A stretch of 64,000 nt of DNA from an uncultured Gammaproteobacteria bacterium (GTDB lineage Bacteria > Patescibacteriota > Patescibacteriia > Patescibacteriales > UBA12465). Below, piece after piece: positions 61,170 to 64,000 of the stretch. How positions within the stretch are numbered: position 1 is the first letter of the stretch; each line of letters begins with the position of its first letter. Where the stretch lies: the NCBI GenBank assembly GCA_964570655.1, contig CAZMYU010000003.1, positions 34,325 to 98,324 on the forward strand. Reading direction: 5' to 3'. Below the pieces are notes generated by a model. The model was given only the letters and a program-made list of their open reading frames with translations. It had not been told where the DNA came from and ran no database searches. A program made the position numbers and the translations under genes.

Positions 61170-64000
61170 TTATTTAACAAAGGTGTTACCGGTTAAAGGC
61201 AAATTCTTGACTAAGTAACCATTAATGTAACCACTAATAGTACTGTCGTTCCATTGCCAGTTGGTACCAGTTAACAAGGTGTCAGCTGAGGTTAGATCCA
61301 TACGAATGGATTTACCAGCAGTGTCCCAAGTACCAGTGGTGTCAACTTTAACCACATAGGTCTTCGAAGAGTTGGCTGGGATGACTGAATCGGTAGTAAA
61401 GGTAGTGGTAGTAGCAGTACCGGAGTTTCCGATAGCCCAACCAGAACCATTTAAAGCGTTGACTAAATCATCCTGATCATAGATCTTCACCTTCTGAGAA
61501 GAAGTGCTAGTTAAAGTAGAATCCGAGAAGATAGGAGTGTAGGTCAAGGAATTGAAATTAATCGGCATGCTTGAACCATTGGTTACGGTGAAGTGTAGCA
61601 AATCGCTAGCACCTGAACCAGTATAACCAGTACTCATACCCGCTGGGTTGTTACTAGCTAAAGTCACAACCGGATAAGCACCCACTACCATCATTAAAGC
61701 TGAAGGAACAGCTAAAGCGCTACCACCATTAACAGCAGTGCTACCTAAGGTATTGGTGCTGCCAATAGTATATTTATAATCAGTCAAAACGAGTCTGAGC
61801 TGATCATTGGTATTAGCTCCGCCCATTCCAGCACTGGTGATGTTACTTAATACCGCGCTAACTGGAACTTGAAGACCAGTATTGCCAGCCGGAACAACTA
61901 AGTTGAGGCCAGTAATATGAACGGTAGAAGTAGCCGCGCCAACGATAACTGGAGCGTTAACACCGCCGACAGTCAAAGAGGCTACAGTACTAGTATTTTG
62001 AGTGGTAGTAACATTTTTCACGACACTGAACCACAATTCGCTGATAGTCGCCGCACCGTTGTTGGCTACAAATTTGTAGGTCGCCACGGTTTGAGTGGTT
62101 CCGCCCAATAGTAATTGGGAAGCAGGAGCATTGGTCACGAGAGTCGGGGCCGCTAAGCTACCGCTTTGGATGGTCAAAATCTGACCAGCCTTAGAACCAG
62201 AAACTGAAGTGCGGGTATTATGACCAACCGCGGTTACCGCTAAGGTAACTTGGCTAGTGGTACCAGCTGAGATATTACCCAAGTCGGCAAAGACATCGAT
62301 AGTCTTAGTGCCATTGACTGGGATATTGAAACTCACTGGGAAGTTGTTAGCACCAGATTGAGGCATGATTGGAGAGGTATTCTCCGAAACATACAAGTTA
62401 GACAAAGTGGTGAAGTCAACCAAAGTACCACCAATGGTCACCGCCAAATTGCTCACATCCACAGATTCGGCCGAACCGGTCTGTAAGATAAATGAACCAA
62501 TCTTTTGGTTATTCACATTGTTGATCACGTTTTGACTGGTAAAGCTGCTATTGGTAGCTACAGTCAAAGCGCCATTGACGATAGACATAGTCTGGTTCGT
62601 CAAAGTGGTCACAGCAGTAGCTGGGTAAGTCGCATAAGAGGACTGACCTTCAGCTTTGGTGGCCTGCAAGATCAAATCAGCTTTCACAGTGGAAAGAGCT
62701 GAAGATGAAACCTGGGTCAAGTCACCTTTGACTTCGACGGTAACGGTCGTACCGGCTGGGATGGTGAACAAATTGTTCGTACCAAAACTAGCACCACCTA
62801 ACAAGGAGGTACCAGTGACACCAGCACCGGTTGGGAAGACACCACTAGCCAAAACAAAGTTTTGAGTGGAGCCAACCTGAGAACCATTAACATAGATAGC
62901 CAAATTGTTGATACCTTCAGTCGCAGCCGCGGTGCCAGTAAAGGTAATTTTGGTACCCAAACTGTTGACCTTCATATTTTCACCATAAGCTTTCATGGTG
63001 TATTTAGCAAAGGTCACGCCAGTGGCGTTTTTGACAACCTGGTTGGTGGTAAAGGTAGAATCAGCCGAAGTGGAGATAGTACCAGAAGCCACGGTATAGG
63101 TATAGGTATTGGTGTTAATCGCACCAGTCGCCGTCACGTTCACATTGTAGTTGCTGTCGGTAAGAACCATATCAGAAGCTAATTGAACGTTGAAGCTAAA
63201 GGTTCGACTAGAACCCTTGATAACATCGGCTCGTAATTCCACAGTAGTAGCACCAGTGCTTAACAAAACTGGAGCACTGTTTAGATCAAAGATAACTCGG
63301 TTATCAACAATAGAAGCAGCGGAACCAGCTTGGGTGCCGTTAACATACAATTTCAAGTTCTGCAAAGCATCGCTCGGAATTGAACCAACTTGTTTGAAGC
63401 TCATATACTTCAAATAGGTAGCTTTGTTGTTAACAGTAAAAGGAGCTGACCACACAGTGGAATTCATGGTACCGGCATTGACATTAGCATTGGCTGAAGG
63501 GATGGTTAAAGCACCAACCACAACAGTCGCCATATCAGATGGGGTAGCCATTAAAGACATCAAATTACCAGTAACTGGGAATGAACCAGAAACGGTCGCG
63601 CCAGCCGCATTAATATCGGCAGCCGCATCAATGCCCATAGCAATGTTACCAGTCGTACCACTGGACGAAATATCCGCCTTGACAGTAATAGTCTTGGTGG
63701 TTCCGGCCGGGATGGTCACGATACCTGAGGCATTAGAGAAAGTAACATAACCACCGCTCAGTGAGCCTGGGTCAGTTAATTTATTATTGCCATCATATAG
63801 GTAAACATTTGATAAGTAAGCATCGGATGACACGCCAGTTCTCTTAACTTTAATGGAGGTCAAAGTAACCGCGCCATCATTGGAAGCAGTCAAATTGATA
63901 CTCGTCATTGAAGCTGAAGATTGAGTGGCGATTAGGCTAGAAGCCGCAGCAGTGTTGGACGCCAAAGAAACAGATAATCCAGTTCCGGCGCTAACGACGG
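61170..64000 (-). CDS. Large repetitive Thr/Ser/Asn/Gly/Ala/Val-rich, cysteine-free surface (S-layer-like) protein; 5' end beyond window
   Basis: The track ORF begins at a TTG (63965), but the frame stays open to nt 64000 (...VVSAGTGLSVS-LASNT). At least 6 tandem modules of about 120-130 aa each contain NL.LYVNG.QVGS ... IPAGTT.T..V.AD-type strands. No Cys in 931 aa. Confidence 0.7.
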   Translation of the reverse strand, partial: VVSAGTGLSVSLASNTAAASSLIATQSSASMTSINLTASNDGAVTLTSIKVKRTGVSSDAYLSNVYLYDGNNKLTDPGSLSGGYVTFSNASGIVTIPAGTTKTITVKADISSSGTTGNIAMGIDAAADINAAGATVSGSFPVTGNLMSLMATPSDMATVVVGALTIPSANANVNAGTMNSTVWSAPFTVNNKATYLKYMSFKQVGSIPSDALQNLKLYVNGTQAGSAASIVDNRVIFDLNSAPVLLSTGATTVELRADVIKGSSRTFSFNVQLASDMVLTDSNYNVNVTATGAINTNTYTYTVASGTISTSADSTFTTNQVVKNATGVTFAKYTMKAYGENMKVNSLGTKITFTGTAAATEGINNLAIYVNGSQVGSTQNFVLASGVFPTGAGVTGTSLLGGASFGTNNLFTIPAGTTVTVEVKGDLTQVSSSALSTVKADLILQATKAEGQSSYATYPATAVTTLTNQTMSIVNGALTVATNSSFTSQNVINNVNNQKIGSFILQTGSAESVDVSNLAVTIGGTLVDFTTLSNLYVSENTSPIMPQSGANNFPVSFNIPVNGTKTIDVFADLGNISAGTTSQVTLAVTAVGHNTRTSVSGSKAGQILTIQSGSLAAPTLVTNAPASQLLLGGTTQTVATYKFVANNGAATISELWFSVVKNVTTTQNTSTVASLTVGGVNAPVIVGAATSTVHITGLNLVVPAGNTGLQVPVSAVLSNITSAGMGGANTNDQLRLVLTDYKYTIGSTNTLGSTAVNGGSALAVPSALMMVVGAYPVVTLASNNPAGMSTGYTGSGASDLLHFTVTNGSSMPINFNSLTYTPIFSDSTLTSTSSQKVKIYDQDDLVNALNGSGWAIGNSGTATTTTFTTDSVIPANSSKTYVVKVDTTGTWDTAGKSIRMDLTSADTLLTGTNWQWNDSTISGYINGYLVKNLPLTGNTFVK

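Noticed and set aside
59745-64000. Diversity-generating retroelement (Avd-like four-helix-bundle gene near a large variable-looking surface protein)
   Set aside because: No reverse transcriptase ORF anywhere in the window. I could not find a template/variable repeat pair differing at adenines. wzm lies between the two genes.
1-64000. Alternative genetic code (UGA recoding as in some candidate phyla)
   Set aside because: All long conserved genes (dnaE, secA, thrS, proS) read through uninterrupted with the standard code and end at normal stops.

Overview
AT-rich, tightly packed bacterial chromosome segment. About 55 genes, nearly all on the minus strand. Gene content looks like a small-genome, Gram-positive-type bacterium, possibly Patescibacteria/CPR-like: shortened aminoacyl-tRNA synthetases, many membrane-anchored hypotheticals, and standard code with no in-frame stop problems. 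This taxonomic guess is inference only. Positions 1-39.4 kb are housekeeping: HlyD-type adaptor, receiver domain, HIT, mreBCD, proS, ruvA, L25, a SEDS protein, class I aldolase, thrS, dnaE, parAB, tRNA-Leu(CAA), mnmA, a small GT4/GT4/phosphoglycosyl-transferase operon, RNase P RNA, NUDIX, secA, hpf, rseP, frr, holB and purC-purB. Positions 39.4-61 kb are a 21-gene glycan assembly locus. It holds a Wzy_C/TPR ligase-like protein, an initiating sugar transferase, FdtA/aminotransferase/WecB sugar-nucleotide enzymes, about 10 glycosyltransferases, 5-6 methyltransferases and a Wzm/Wzt ABC exporter. It is followed by a cysteine-free, Thr/Ser-rich repetitive surface protein that runs off the window end. 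The most interesting signals are non-coding. (1) A canonical T-box antiterminator/terminator sits ahead of thrS. (2) Inverted arrays of ATTGAAAG octamers occur at three loci. At one of them the loop carries a four-helix-bundle (23S-IVS/Avd family) ORF that splits wzm from wzt. (3) Several GC-rich palindromes occur in matched pairs: a 32-bp perfect palindrome brackets a hypothetical gene, a 13-bp-stem hairpin brackets thrS, and a CCTGGATCC-hairpin-GGATGACAG motif lies just upstream of parB and frr. (4) Terminator, GC hairpin and TTGAnn-N17-TAnnAT promoter recur in that order. No CRISPR array, transposase, integrase, reverse transcriptase or rRNA gene was seen. All calls come from reading the sequence and the ORF track by eye. 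No database or folding program was run, and ends of RNA and regulatory features are approximate (about +/-5 nt).
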